The notes below the pieces were generated by a model. The model saw only the letters and a program-made list of their open reading frames with translations. It made no database searches and was not told where the DNA came from. A DNA stretch of 64,000 nucleotides, from positions 672,001-736,000 of the forward strand of contig CAVVJT010000007.1 of assembly GCA_963748625.1 (NCBI GenBank), given 5' to 3'. Positions 28,731 through 39,237 of the stretch are shown here, piece by piece; the stretch's first letter is position 1, and every line of letters begins with the position of its first letter. This DNA comes from an uncultured Chloroflexia bacterium (GTDB taxonomy: Bacteria > Chloroflexota > Limnocylindria > Limnocylindrales > CSP1-4). A program made the position numbers and the translations under genes.

Positions 28731-30386
28731 TCAGTTCCCGCCCGGGAAGCCGCCGGCAGGCGGCTGGGGCATGCCGCCGGCACCGCTGATGCCACCCATG
28801 CCAGGCCCGAACTGGTCGCGGCCGGACGAGGTCGTCGTCGTGGTGGTCCGGTCCGCCGATGAGCCGGTGACGACGGTCTCGCCCGCCGCGATGCCGCTCG
28901 TGATCTGGGCGTAGTCGTCAGCGATCAGGCCGACCTCGACGGCGCGGCTCTCGACGCTGCCGTCCGTGCCCAGGACGCGTACCGTGTAGCTCCCTGACGT
29001 CCCGGAGAGGGCGATGGCCGGGACCGCGGTCACGTTCTCGGCGGACGCGATGACGATGGTGATCTCGGCCGACATGCCGGCGAGCGGCGCAGTGGCAGCG
29101 GTTGCCGAGGGGGCCGGGGAGGTGGCCGCTGCGGTCGCCGCGCCGGTGCCGCCCGTCTCGTCGAGCGTGACCACCACCGCGTAGCTCACCACCGACGAGG
29201 TGCCCGACGACGATGCGACCGGGTCGATCGCCGTCACCGTGCCGGTGGCCGTGGTCCCGGTCGCGCTGATGTCGACCGTCGCCTGCTGCCCCAGCTGGAG
29301 GCTGAGGATGTCATCCTCGGTCACGCTCACCGAGAGCGCCATCTGCGTGGACTGCATCTCGATGGCGGTCCCGGTGCTCTCCTCGCCCACCACCGCGTTC
29401 ACCACGGTGACGCGCCCGTCCATTGGGGCGACGAGGGTGGCCGCCTCGAGGGCCCCCTGGGCATCGGCGAGGGCGGCCTCGGCGTTGGCGATGGCGATGT
29501 CGTCGGCGACGAGGACCGCGTTGTCGGCGGCGGTCGTGGCGCTGTCGTAGGAGCGGTTGGCGGACTTGAGCGAGGCCTTCGCGTTCGCGATGCTGCCCGA
29601 CGCCTGGCTGTTGCTGCTGGCGACCTGGAGCCGCGTCGAGGCGAGGCTCTGCTCGGCCTGGCTGATCGCGGCCCTGTCCTGCTTCAGGGTCTGGGCCGGG
29701 GCTCCCGCCTTCTTGTCCGCGGCGAGCTGGTCCCGGGCATCGGCCAGCGCACGCCTCGCCTGCGCGAGCTTGAGGTTGCCCTCGGCGACCGTGTTCGAGT
29801 AGGAGCTGCGGGCCTGGGAGAGCTGCCGCTGTGCGCTGTTGACCTGGTCCCTTGCCTGCGCCCGCGCGTCCGAGGTGCTTCCGGCAAGGTCGATCCTGCG
29901 CTGCTTGCGGGCCGCGGCAAGGTTCGCCTCCGCCTCGCGAACCGCCAGCTCGGCCGTCGCGGTGTCGGCCGTGGCGAGGATGTCGCCCTCGGCAACGAGG
30001 TCCCCGACCCCGACGTTGACCGCGGTCACGGGCCAGGTGACGGTGACGGATGCGCCTGAGGCGCCCGACGCAGACGTCGAGGTCGAGCTTCCGGTGCTCG
30101 CGCCGGTGGTCGCCGTGGTACTGCCGGTCGTGGCGCCGCCGCTTGCGGTGGTGGCCGACGTGCCGGACGAGATGACGGCGTCCTCACCGAAGGCCAGGGT
30201 GGCGACCTTCGCCGCCACGAGGTTGCCGCTGGCGGCAGCCGTCTGCTCGACGGTGGTGGTGGTCGCAGCGGAGGTCCGGTAGGTGGTGGACGTGGCGGTC
30301 GGCGATCCGATCCCGACGATGCTGATGCCGACGGCGGCGACGCCGATGGCCAGCAGCCCGATGGCCGCAACGGCCTTGATGTTCAT
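28731..30386 (-). CDS. Efflux periplasmic adaptor (MacA/HlyD family)
   Basis: Lipoyl-like halves VGVGDLVAEGDILA and LVAPMDGRV flanking a coiled coil; VPAIAL membrane-proximal domain. Confidence 0.88.
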   Translation of the reverse strand: MNIKAVAAIGLLAIGVAAVGISIVGIGSPTATSTTYRTSAATTTTVEQTAAASGNLVAAKVATLAFGEDAVISSGTSATTASGGATTGSTTATTGASTGSSTSTSASGASGASVTVTWPVTAVNVGVGDLVAEGDILATADTATAELAVREAEANLAAARKQRRIDLAGSTSDARAQARDQVNSAQRQLSQARSSYSNTVAEGNLKLAQARRALADARDQLAADKKAGAPAQTLKQDRAAISQAEQSLASTRLQVASSNSQASGSIANAKASLKSANRSYDSATTAADNAVLVADDIAIANAEAALADAQGALEAATLVAPMDGRVTVVNAVVGEESTGTAIEMQSTQMALSVSVTEDDILSLQLGQQATVDISATGTTATGTVTAIDPVASSSGTSSVVSYAVVVTLDETGGTGAATAAATSPAPSATAATAPLAGMSAEITIVIASAENVTAVPAIALSGTSGSYTVRVLGTDGSVESRAVEVGLIADDYAQITSGIAAGETVVTGSSADRTTTTTTSSGRDQFGPGMGGISGAGGMPQPPAGGFPGGN

Positions 30387-30536
30387 GTGCGCGCACTCCC
30401 GCTGGGACCCGGGCGCGGCGCGATGCGGCGTGCGCCCAGGCAGGAACTCTCAGCGGTGATCGTCGGCGTCGCTACCTTTCGATCGGGTGACGCCGGGCAG
30501 CGTCATGCCCGGTCGACCGTCAGGCGCGGCCGACCG

Positions 30537-31580
30537 CTAGGCGCGCTGGTCCGTCGCAGGCTTGTCCCAGAGGTTGACGCCACCTTCCACGGCGTACGTG
30601 TCGATCTCGGCCAGCTCATCGGCGGTGAACGGCGGCGCCCCCACGACGCGCAGGTTCTCGCGCACCTGCTCAGCGGACGACGCCCCGATCAGCGTGGTCG
30701 TCATGCGCGGATCGCGCAGGACCCACTGGTACGCCATCTGGGCCAGCGTCTGACCGCGGCTCGCGGCGATCCCGTTGAGGGCGCGGACCCGGGCCAGGTT
30801 CTCCTCCGAGAGCATCTCCGGCGTGAGCGATCCGCCGCCGGGCCGGTTGACACGGGCATCGGCCGGGATGCCGTCGAGGTACTTGTCGGTCAGGAGTCCC
30901 TGCGCGAGGGCCGTGAACGCGATCACGCCGGCGCCCACCTCCTCGACCGCGTCGAGCAGGCCGCCCTCGATCCAGCGGTTGAACATGCTGTACGAGGGCT
31001 GGTGGATCAGCAGCGGCACGCCCTCGGCGCGCAGGAGCGCAGCGACCTCCCGGGTCTTGCCGGCTGAGTACGACGAGATGCCCACGTACAGCGCCTTGCC
31101 CTGGCGGACGGCGTGGGCGAGCGCCCCGATCGTCTCCTCCAGCCGCGTGTCCAGGTCGAAGCGGTGGCTGTAGAAGATGTCGACGTATTCGACGCCGATC
31201 CGCGCGAGGCTCTGGTCCAGCGATGCCAGCATGTGCTTGCGCGACCCGCCGCCCTGGCCGTACGGGCCCGGCCACATCTCCCAGCCGGCCTTGCTCGAGA
31301 TGACCAGCTCGTCGCGGTGCGCGGCGAGGTCCTCGCGCAGGATGCGCCCGAAGTTGATCTCGGCCGAGCCGAAGGGCGGTCCGTAGTTGTTGGCGAGATC
31401 GAAGTGGGTGATCCCGCCGTCGAACGCCGTGTGCACGATCTCGCGCTGGACGGTGGCCGGGGTGGCGTCGCCGAAGTTGTGCCACAGCCCCAGGGACAGG
31501 ATCGGCAGGCGGAGGCCGCTCCGGCCGCAGGCCCGGTACTCCATGGCGTCATAGCGGGCGGCGGCGGGCTGGTACGACAC
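30537..31580 (-). CDS. mgrA: L-glyceraldehyde 3-phosphate reductase (aldo/keto reductase)
   Basis: YRACGRSGLRLPILSLGLWHNFG, FDLANNYGPP, SSKAGWEMWPGPYG; AGGAG RBS before GTG. Confidence 0.9.
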   Translation of the reverse strand: MSYQPAAARYDAMEYRACGRSGLRLPILSLGLWHNFGDATPATVQREIVHTAFDGGITHFDLANNYGPPFGSAEINFGRILREDLAAHRDELVISSKAGWEMWPGPYGQGGGSRKHMLASLDQSLARIGVEYVDIFYSHRFDLDTRLEETIGALAHAVRQGKALYVGISSYSAGKTREVAALLRAEGVPLLIHQPSYSMFNRWIEGGLLDAVEEVGAGVIAFTALAQGLLTDKYLDGIPADARVNRPGGGSLTPEMLSEENLARVRALNGIAASRGQTLAQMAYQWVLRDPRMTTTLIGASSAEQVRENLRVVGAPPFTADELAEIDTYAVEGGVNLWDKPATDQRA

Positions 31581-31698
31581 GGGGGCTCCTGCTGCAGGGG
31601 GTCCGGCGGTTGCGTGCTCCAACCCTACCCTGCGGGGCGGATAATCGGCGGGCGCCGGCACGCGGCGCCATCCCATCGACCCTGATTGGAGGCCCATC

Positions 31699-32826
31699 GT
31701 GACCCGAGCCAAGCGCGTCGGCATCCTGACCGCGGGCGGCGACAGCCCGGGCCTCAACGCGGCCATCCGCGGCTTCGGCAAGGCGGCGATCGGCGTCCAC
31801 GGCATGGAGCTGTACGGGTTCCGCGACGGGTTCCGTGGCCTGGCGGAGGACCGCTTCCTCAAGCTCGACTCGCGCGAGCTGTCGGGCATCCTCACGGTGG
31901 GCGGCACGATCCTGGGCACCAGCCGCGACAAGCCGCACCGCATGCCGTTCGACGGCAAGGTGGTGGACGCCACCGAGCGCATCGTGGACACCTGCAAGCG
32001 CCACAAGCTCGACGCGATCCTCTGCATCGGCGGGAACGGAACCGCCAAGAACTCGCAGCGCCTCGTGGACGCCGGGCTCAACATCGTGATGCTGCCCAAG
32101 ACGATCGACAACGACGTGGCCGAGACCGACGCGACGATCGGCTTCGCGACGGCGCTCTCCATCGCGACCGAGGCACTCGACCGGCTCCACAGCACGGCGC
32201 ACAGCCACCACCGGATCATCCTGGCCGAGATCATGGGCCACCGCGCCGGCTGGCTCACGCTTGGCGCGGGCATCGCGGGCGGTGCGGACGTGATCCTGAT
32301 CCCGGAGATCCCCTACCGGATCGAGTCGGTGGTGGCCGCGATCCAGCGGCGGACCGAATCCGGCACCAACTTCTCCATCATCGCCGTGGCCGAGGGCGCT
32401 CGCGACGTGCACGGCGACCGCCACTACCGGTCACTCGCGAAGCGCCGCAGGAATGCCCCCAAGGGCATCGAGCGCGACGCCCTCGACCAGGAGATCGCCT
32501 CGCTCGACCGCGATCACACGGGCCACTCCCTGCGCCTCGCCCAGAAGCTCGAGTCCCTCACGGGCCTCGAGACCCGCGTCTCGATCCTGGGCTACGTCCA
32601 GCGTGGCGGGACGCCCCACCCGATCGACCGGCTGCTGGGGGCACGCCTCGGCAACGCCGGTGCCGATCTCGTCGCGAAGGGCGAGTTCGGGGTGATGGTG
32701 GCGGCCCGCGGCGATCTCACGGAGCCGGTGGAGCTGGCCAAGGTGGCCGCCCGTCTCAACACCGTGCCGCTCGAGCACCCGCTCGTCGCGACGGCGCGCA
32801 ACGTCGGCACCTGCCTGGGCGAGTAG
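31699..32826 (+). CDS. pfkA: 6-phosphofructokinase (PfkA family, G104/K124 type)
   Basis: [40 protein letters not shown]. Confidence 0.92.
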   Translation: MTRAKRVGILTAGGDSPGLNAAIRGFGKAAIGVHGMELYGFRDGFRGLAEDRFLKLDSRELSGILTVGGTILGTSRDKPHRMPFDGKVVDATERIVDTCKRHKLDAILCIGGNGTAKNSQRLVDAGLNIVMLPKTIDNDVAETDATIGFATALSIATEALDRLHSTAHSHHRIILAEIMGHRAGWLTLGAGIAGGADVILIPEIPYRIESVVAAIQRRTESGTNFSIIAVAEGARDVHGDRHYRSLAKRRRNAPKGIERDALDQEIASLDRDHTGHSLRLAQKLESLTGLETRVSILGYVQRGGTPHPIDRLLGARLGNAGADLVAKGEFGVMVAARGDLTEPVELAKVAARLNTVPLEHPLVATARNVGTCLGE

Positions 32827-32833
32827 GCGCCGC

Positions 32834-33106
32834 CTAGCCCTCGATCGGCCGGCCCCATTCCTCGCACAGCGAGCGGATCACCACGTCCACGACCTCGTCG
32901 GCCGTGCCGGGCATCTCCACGGGCTTGGACCAGGCCCACTTCTCGAGGTACCCGTCCGTGCCGGCCAGGCCATCGCGCATGGCGACCCGGTCGATCTCCT
33001 GAGCGAACCACTCCGGCATCTCGCGGCTGACCCGGCCGCCCTGGCCGTCCTCAGCCTTCACCTGCGCAGGGATGTCCTGCCAGCGCATCACGCGATAGCG
33101 GGCCAC
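32834..33106 (-). CDS. Small 'virulence factor' family (PF13769-like) protein
   Basis: WQDIPAQV...FAQEIDRVAM...DGYLEKW pattern; GAGG before GTG. Confidence 0.7.
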   Translation of the reverse strand: MARYRVMRWQDIPAQVKAEDGQGGRVSREMPEWFAQEIDRVAMRDGLAGTDGYLEKWAWSKPVEMPGTADEVVDVVIRSLCEEWGRPIEG

Positions 33107-33114
33107 GGCGCGCC

Positions 33115-33426
33115 TCAGGCCTCGACCACGGTCCCGTCCTCGTTCTCGACGAGGAGCGGGGCACCGCGCTCGGCGCGCTTGGCGTTGGCGTAGGCAAGGC
33201 TGCCCTTGTCGCCGGCGGCGACATCGGCGCGGGCGGGGACGACGTTGTTGTAGTAGTCGCGGTGGGCGACATGTCCGAGGACGCAGGTGCCGTCCTCGAG
33301 CGCCCGATTGATGGCGCGCGGGAGCTCGCCCTGCTGCTTCCATCCCTCGCCGTTGTCGATCAGGTGCTGGAGGAAGGCAACCGGGTAGTGGTCCAGGCCA
33401 TCGGCCTCGAGCTGGGGGTCGGTCAC
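33115..33426 (-). CDS. Hypothetical protein
   Basis: High-GC3 codon pattern from GTG 33426; 8 bp upstream of the next gene. Confidence 0.6.
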   Translation of the reverse strand: MTDPQLEADGLDHYPVAFLQHLIDNGEGWKQQGELPRAINRALEDGTCVLGHVAHRDYYNNVVPARADVAAGDKGSLAYANAKRAERGAPLLVENEDGTVVEA

Positions 33427-33520
33427 GGGGAGCCCTTTCGTCCGCGGAGATGCAGTGGTGGGGGACGCCTGCTCGCCCGATTGTAGAGCCACCCACACAG
33501 GCCTTGGGTACTCTGGACCC

Positions 33521-34285
33521 ATGCCCCCCGATCCGCAGACCATGGCGTTCCTGTTCGCCGCGGGCGTGGCAGGGGGGATCGTGAGCATCCTGGTGAGCCT
33601 CGCCTCGCTGGTGACCTTTCCGGCCTTGATTGCCGCCGGTCTGCCGCCGGTCGCGGCCAACATGACCAACACCGTCGCCCTGGCCTTCACCGGCGCCGGC
33701 GCCTCCCTCGGCAGCCAGCGAGAGCTCCACGGGCAGCGATCGGACCTCGTGCCGCTCGCGGTCGTGGCCGCCGTGGGCGGCTTGACTGGTGCCGCGCTGC
33801 TGCTGCTCCTGCCGGACCGCTGGTTCGAGCTGGTGGCGCCGGTCCTGGTCGCCGCCGGCTCGGTCCTGCTCCTACTGCAGCCCCAGATCCGGAACCGGAC
33901 GCGATCGGGTCCGGCTGAGCGGACACCGGGCCGCCTGGTCGCCTACTTCCTTGTCACGCTGTACACCGGCTATTTCGGGGCCGCGGGCGGGGTGCTCGCG
34001 CTCGTGGTGCTGGCCACGATGCTCGCCCGGCCGTTCATCGAGATCAACGCCGCCAAGAACGTTCTCGCGGGTGTTGCCAACGGGCTGGCGGCGGTCGTCT
34101 TCGCGCTCTTCGGCCCGGTCGCGTGGTGGTACGTGCTGCCCCTGGCTGGAGGCATGTTCCTCGGTGGCCTCGTGGGGCCCGCGATCGCTCGCCGGATCCC
34201 TGGGGAAGCGCTGCGGATCACCGTCGGGCTGTGCGGGCTGGTGGTGGCACTGGTCCTGGCCCGCGGCGTCTACGGCCTGGCGTAG
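33521..34285 (+). CDS. TauE/SafE family sulfite exporter
   Basis: GLPPVAANMTN, YTGYFGAAGG, NAAKN; multi-TM. Confidence 0.9.
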   Translation: MPPDPQTMAFLFAAGVAGGIVSILVSLASLVTFPALIAAGLPPVAANMTNTVALAFTGAGASLGSQRELHGQRSDLVPLAVVAAVGGLTGAALLLLLPDRWFELVAPVLVAAGSVLLLLQPQIRNRTRSGPAERTPGRLVAYFLVTLYTGYFGAAGGVLALVVLATMLARPFIEINAAKNVLAGVANGLAAVVFALFGPVAWWYVLPLAGGMFLGGLVGPAIARRIPGEALRITVGLCGLVVALVLARGVYGLA

Positions 34286-34294
34286 GGACCCCCA

Positions 34295-34951
34295 TCAGGG
34301 GGCCGGCGGTTCCCCGATCCCGGGCGATGCCGCGTCGTCGCCGCCGACGCCGGTGAGCCAGCCCTGCCGCGTCGCGAAGCGTGCCAGCTGGGTGCGGTTG
34401 TCCACCCCGTAGCGGTCGAACAGGCGTCGGATCATGCCCTCGATGGTCTTGACCCGGAGCCCCAGCTCACGCGCCAACTTCTCGTTCTGGGCACCCTCGG
34501 CGAGGAGGACGAGCAGCTGGTGCTCGCGCTCGGTCGGTGGACGGGGGGCGCGCTTGGCGCTTTCGATCACGCTGGCCGGGAACCAGGTCCCGCCGGACGC
34601 GACATGGTGCAGCGCTTGTCCGATGGCCTCCGCGTCCACGGTCTTGGGCAGCAGGCCGGCTGCCCCGCCGCGCAGCGCCCGCGCATGGTGGGCCGGGTAG
34701 TCGAAGGCGGTGTACATCAGGAACCGGGCACTGGCGCCATGCCGCTCGAGGAGGTCGAAACCGCCGTCCCGGCCACCGAGCATCACATCGCAGAGGACGA
34801 CATCCGGGACAAGGTCCCCGATCAGCCGGTCCGCCGTGTCCACGTCCGACGCCGTGCCGACAACACGCACATCAGGACCCGCGAGCAGCACGGCCAGGCC
34901 CTGCGCGATGGCCGTGTGGTCCTCGACGATCACCAGTCGTGTCATTCGCAT
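34295..34951 (-). CDS. NarL/LuxR family response regulator (orphan)
   Basis: VIVEDH, DVVLCDV receiver domain, C-terminal LuxR HTH. Confidence 0.9.
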   Translation of the reverse strand: MRMTRLVIVEDHTAIAQGLAVLLAGPDVRVVGTASDVDTADRLIGDLVPDVVLCDVMLGGRDGGFDLLERHGASARFLMYTAFDYPAHHARALRGGAAGLLPKTVDAEAIGQALHHVASGGTWFPASVIESAKRAPRPPTEREHQLLVLLAEGAQNEKLARELGLRVKTIEGMIRRLFDRYGVDNRTQLARFATRQGWLTGVGGDDAASPGIGEPPAP

Positions 34952-35153
34952 GGCCTCAACTCAGCACGTCCCCCCACGTTGGGCGGGCACCACGATACTG
35001 CCTCGCCATCGCAGGGTGGATGCACCGTTGCGGCCGGAGGAGCGCCGCGGCGGCCCTGTCCGATCCGCGCGGGTCACATCAGCGAACATGTCATCGGGTG
35101 GCTGGTCCGTCCCAGCTGTCCCGCTTGCCCACCGCCGTCCCCGAGGAGCCCCC

Positions 35154-35345
35154 ATGCGCACATCCCGCCTGTTCATCGCCCTGCTCGCGGCCATCGTTGG
35201 CGGCATCTGGCTGGGCCAGGGGTTGGGCTACATCGGCGGCAGCTTCATGACCGGGTCGGCGTTCTGGGCAGTGGTCGGGGTGGTGCTGCTGGTGCTGGCC
35301 GCGCTGCTGGTCGTGGCCGAGGTGCGTCGCCGGCCCCGGGCCTGA
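35154..35345 (+). CDS. Small membrane protein
   Basis: GAGGAG RBS; WLGQGLGYIGGSFMTG between two TM helices. Confidence 0.75.
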   Translation: MRTSRLFIALLAAIVGGIWLGQGLGYIGGSFMTGSAFWAVVGVVLLVLAALLVVAEVRRRPRA

Positions 35346-35384
35346 TACCCGACACCGAGGGTGGTCCCGGTATCCCGGGAATCA

Positions 35385-35414
35385 GAAAGGGACGGTCCGA
35401 GGACCGTCCCTTTC
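35385..35414. terminator. Bidirectional terminator hairpin
   Basis: Perfect inverted repeat GAAAGGGACGGTCC-GA-GGACCGTCCCTTTC between convergent genes. Confidence 0.8.
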
Positions 35415-35427
35415 GAGCAAGTCGAGG

Positions 35428-35787
35428 CTAGCTGAGGAGCTTGGCCTTGAGCTTCTCGTACTCCGGAACGGTGATCGCGCCGGCGTCCTTGAGCTGGGTG
35501 AGCTTGGCGAGCTCGTCGGCCGTGGAGACCTGGGCGGCAGCGCCGGCGGCGGCCTCAGCCTGGGCGAGCTGGCGGACGTCCTGGGCGGTGACCTTCGGCC
35601 GGGCGATCATGTAGATCAGGCAGCCGAGCAGCGGCAGGAAGAACATGAAGAGGATCCAGAAGGCCTTCATGCCACCGCCGAGGTCCTCGCGCCGGAACGT
35701 GTCCGTCAAGCACGAGAACCAGATCATGAGGGCCATCACGAAGAAGAAGATGACCAGCATGCTCCAGAAGAAGTCCCAGAGATTCAT
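35428..35787 (-). CDS. PLDc_N / SHOCT domain membrane protein
   Basis: DTFRREDLGGGMKAFW...PLLGCLIYMIARP; C-terminal ADELAKLTQLKDAGAITVPEYEKLKAKLL. Confidence 0.88.
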   Translation of the reverse strand: MNLWDFFWSMLVIFFFVMALMIWFSCLTDTFRREDLGGGMKAFWILFMFFLPLLGCLIYMIARPKVTAQDVRQLAQAEAAAGAAAQVSTADELAKLTQLKDAGAITVPEYEKLKAKLLS

Positions 35788-35939
35788 TCCTACCCTCAGT
35801 ACTACGGTTGTAGACAGTTCCCTCACGTGGGGCATGTGCCCCACATCCGGGGGGTATTGTGCCGTATCCGGCGGGTCTCGGGCGTCACCCTAAACGGACC
35901 ATCCCGCGCGTGCGGCCCCGAGCGGGCGCACTCCCGCGT

Positions 35940-36428
35940 CTAGCGGGGACCCAGCAGCCCGGTCACAAGCGCCCTGGCGACGGCGACGTCCGGCTCCTCG
36001 GCGTCCGTGTCGTAGGTGCGCTTGCCGCCCGCCGTCTCGAGCGTGATGTGCAGGTACTCCTGCTCGATGTCGTCGTCCGTGCCCACGCTGCGCGACTTGC
36101 GGTCCACCTTCAGCACGCGGATCTCCGGGGGAGCGAAGGCGACGTTGGCTGCGGTCTCGGCAAGGATCGCGTCCGGGTCCCAGCCCGCGTAGTGCTGGCC
36201 GAAGCGGTTCGACGCCTTGATCTGGGCCCCGATCTGCCCGAGAAAGCCGGAGCCGCCAGCCTTGGCCGCAGCGCGGGAACGCGCGATCTCGGCATCCACG
36301 AGCTCCTTGCGCGCCTCGGCGAGGATCAGGCGGTACGAGGTGAACACCAGCGTGTACGCCTTGCTGGAGAAGAACCCGGTCTTCGTGCGCGCCATCGGGA
36401 TGATCCCGACGATCTGCTCACCCTGCAT
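35940..36428 (-). CDS. Hypothetical protein (PH-like domain possible)
   Basis: GGAGGT RBS; protein-like composition. Confidence 0.7.
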   Translation of the reverse strand: MQGEQIVGIIPMARTKTGFFSSKAYTLVFTSYRLILAEARKELVDAEIARSRAAAKAGGSGFLGQIGAQIKASNRFGQHYAGWDPDAILAETAANVAFAPPEIRVLKVDRKSRSVGTDDDIEQEYLHITLETAGGKRTYDTDAEEPDVAVARALVTGLLGPR

Positions 36429-36609
36429 CGATCACCTCCAATCACCTGTCGGGCCAGCGTTCCAGGTCCCTCCCGGCGATGGTCCGCCTCGCATCACGGG
36501 TGGGACAAGGGACCCTCGGCACGTTCAGGGTGTCGCGGCGGCCTGCGCGCGCCATCCCTCGCCCGCTACCGTGCACCCGGCAGGACCAGTACAGGGAGGG
36601 ACGACCCAC

Positions 36610-37632
36610 GTGGAGCACAACCCGGGCCTCACCGCCCATGACCCAGCGACAGGCAAGCTGATCGACGCACGCCAGTCCCTGGGTCCAGCCGTCCTCGACG
36701 ACCTGTTCCCCGACGAGAGGGGCTTCCGCCGGTCCATCGTCACGTACACCGTCCTGCTGGCGCTCGCAGGCCTCATTGCCGCATTCGGCCTCTACCAGGA
36801 CTCGGTCGCGTCGATCATCGGCGCGATGGTGGTGGCACCGCTCGGCGGCGCGATCATGGCGCTCGCGGGAGCGCTCGTGTCGGGCAGGATGCGCTGGCAG
36901 GGCATCGCGCTCGCGCAGGTGGGCCTGGGCGCCCTGCTCGTGGTGGCCATCGGGTATCTCGTGTCCTGGGTGATCCCCAACCCGCTGACCCTCACGCCCT
37001 CGCTCGAGGCCCGGACGTCGCCGGGGCTGCTCGACCTCGGGGTGGCCCTCGCCGCGGGCGCCGCGGGCGCCTTCGTCACGGCACGCCGGACCGGGAGCGA
37101 CGCCCTCCCGGGCGTCGCCATCGCCGTGTCCCTGGTGCCGCCCCTGGCAACCGTCGGCATCTGCCTCGAGCTTGGCCGCACGTCCGACGCGGGTGGCGCG
37201 ATGCTGCTGTTCCTCACCAACTTCTCGGCAATCGTGGTCGTCGCCTGCATCGTGTTCCTGCTCGCCGGCACCGCACCCAGCCGGGACCAGCTGCGGGAGC
37301 GCCGACGGCTGCGATTGGGCTTCACGCTGGCGGTCGTCCTGATGGTGCTGGCCGCGGTCCCGCTCGCCTGGACCTCGGCCGATGTCGTCAACTCGATCGT
37401 CCGCTCCGGGCAGGGCCAGCCGGCCGTCGCCGAGTGGGCGCGGAGCCAGGACCTGGAGGTCGCGGGCTACGCGATCGCCGGAACGAGCGTCACGCTCGAT
37501 GTGCGCGGGCCGACAGCCCCGTCGGGCACGGAGGAGCTGGCGCAGGCGCTTGCTGCCGCATTCGGGGCCGCCGTCTCGCTCGAGGTGGACTACACGCCGA
37601 TGACCGAGCAGGTCACATCTGCGAACCCGTGA
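36610..37632 (+). CDS. DUF389 domain membrane protein
   Basis: DSVASIIGAMVVAPL, LPGVAIAVSLVPPL, LFLTN. Confidence 0.9.
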   Translation: MEHNPGLTAHDPATGKLIDARQSLGPAVLDDLFPDERGFRRSIVTYTVLLALAGLIAAFGLYQDSVASIIGAMVVAPLGGAIMALAGALVSGRMRWQGIALAQVGLGALLVVAIGYLVSWVIPNPLTLTPSLEARTSPGLLDLGVALAAGAAGAFVTARRTGSDALPGVAIAVSLVPPLATVGICLELGRTSDAGGAMLLFLTNFSAIVVVACIVFLLAGTAPSRDQLRERRRLRLGFTLAVVLMVLAAVPLAWTSADVVNSIVRSGQGQPAVAEWARSQDLEVAGYAIAGTSVTLDVRGPTAPSGTEELAQALAAAFGAAVSLEVDYTPMTEQVTSANP

Positions 37633-37656
37633 CGCCCGGGAGCGTCGGCCGCCGCC

Positions 37657-39237
37657 TCAGAGCTGCTTGTAGCGCGGACCCTCGCCGCCTTCCGGCGGCA
37701 CCCACTTGATCACGTCCTCAGGGCACTTGACCGTGCAGGTCATGCAGTGGAGGCAGTTCGAGGGCGACAGCACCACCTCCGAGCCGCTCCAGCGGTAGAC
37801 CTGGCCCGGGCAGAAGTGGGTGCACGAGTTCGCGTAGTCCGCCTCGCAGGAGATGCACTTCGACGGGTCCGTGATCTCGATGTGGGACGGCTCGTCCTCG
37901 CGGTGCAGCGTGCCGGTCAGGGCCACGAACGTGGCGCCGTCCATCCGGCCCGGGTCCGCACGGTTGAGCCGGGCACCCTTCTTCGTGGCGTCGCCGTCCT
38001 TGTGGATGCTGAGCCGTGCCGGGATCTTCGACTGCACCAGCGAGAGCGGCGTGCCCATGTACAGGCCGAACTTGAAGACCTGGCGGTAGTTCCGCGCGTG
38101 GCGGAGCTCGCCCAGCATCCCGTTCGCCTCGAGGCGCTCCTGGTACCCGTCGAGGGCGCCGATTGCGCCGCTCGCGCCCAGCGCGTCCACCGCGGTCTCG
38201 GCCGCGGCGATGCCGGAGCGCATCCCGTAGTGGATGCCCTTGATCTTCTCCATGTTGACGAAGCCGGCCGCGTCGCCCGCGATCATCGCGCCCGGCGCCG
38301 AGAGCGCGCCGATCGACTCGATGCCGCCCTCGGGGATGGTCTTCGCGCCGGTGGCCACGGTCACGCCACCCTTGAGCATGCGGCTGATGAACGGATGTGC
38401 CCGATAGACCTCGAACTCGCGCTGCGGATTGAGGTCGCCGTACTTCCAGTCCAGGCCCAGGATGAGACCGACCGCGACGGTCTTCTCGCTCATCGCGTAC
38501 ATGAAGCCGCCACCGAAGACGTTGGGCGGGAGCGGGTAGCCCAGGGTGTGCGCGACGCGGTTGGCGCCGAACGGGCTTGCCTCCGGGAACTGGACGATCG
38601 CCTTCATGCCCAGGGAGAAGACCTTGGGGATGGCGCCGGCCCCGAAGCGGTCGGCGAACTCCACCGACAGCACGCCGTGCGTGCCGTCGGCGAGGATCGT
38701 GACCGCCGCGCGGACCTCCTCGGCCGGGAGGTGGTTGCCCTTGGGAGCCCCGTCCTGGCCCAGGCCCACCTCGGCGAGGCGCACGCCCCGCACGGCCCCG
38801 TCCTCCACGATCAGCGTCCGGGCGCTGTAGCCGTGGTAGAGCTCCACGCCGAGGGCTTCCGCCTGCTCGGCGAGGAAGGCGGTGAGCCGCGAGATGGAGA
38901 CGATGATGTCGCCGCCATGGTGCATCCGCGACGGGACGACCTTGGGCGGGATCCGGTTGGCCGCGCCCTTGCGCAGGAAGTACATGTCGTCGTGCTCGAC
39001 CGGGACGACCGCCGCCGTGAACGGGTGGCGGATGTCCTTCCAGCCGGGCAGGAGGTCCTCGAGGACCGCCGGCTCGAACGCTGCGCCCGAGAGCGTGTGG
39101 TTGCCCGCGGCAGGCGCCTTGTCGAGCACCGCGACCGAGATGTCACGGCCGGCGGCCTTGGCCTGCTGCCGGGCCTTGATCGCAGCGGCGAGGCCGGCCG
39201 GGCCGGCGCCCACGATGAGGATGTCGATGCCGTCCAT
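37657..39237 (-). CDS. Electron transfer flavoprotein:quinone oxidoreductase with C-terminal 4Fe-4S domain
   Basis: IVGAGPAGL, LSGA, AKTIPEGG, GDAAGFVNMEKIKGIH, HFCPGQVY, NCLHCMTC. Confidence 0.9.
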   Translation of the reverse strand: MDGIDILIVGAGPAGLAAAIKARQQAKAAGRDISVAVLDKAPAAGNHTLSGAAFEPAVLEDLLPGWKDIRHPFTAAVVPVEHDDMYFLRKGAANRIPPKVVPSRMHHGGDIIVSISRLTAFLAEQAEALGVELYHGYSARTLIVEDGAVRGVRLAEVGLGQDGAPKGNHLPAEEVRAAVTILADGTHGVLSVEFADRFGAGAIPKVFSLGMKAIVQFPEASPFGANRVAHTLGYPLPPNVFGGGFMYAMSEKTVAVGLILGLDWKYGDLNPQREFEVYRAHPFISRMLKGGVTVATGAKTIPEGGIESIGALSAPGAMIAGDAAGFVNMEKIKGIHYGMRSGIAAAETAVDALGASGAIGALDGYQERLEANGMLGELRHARNYRQVFKFGLYMGTPLSLVQSKIPARLSIHKDGDATKKGARLNRADPGRMDGATFVALTGTLHREDEPSHIEITDPSKCISCEADYANSCTHFCPGQVYRWSGSEVVLSPSNCLHCMTCTVKCPEDVIKWVPPEGGEGPRYKQL

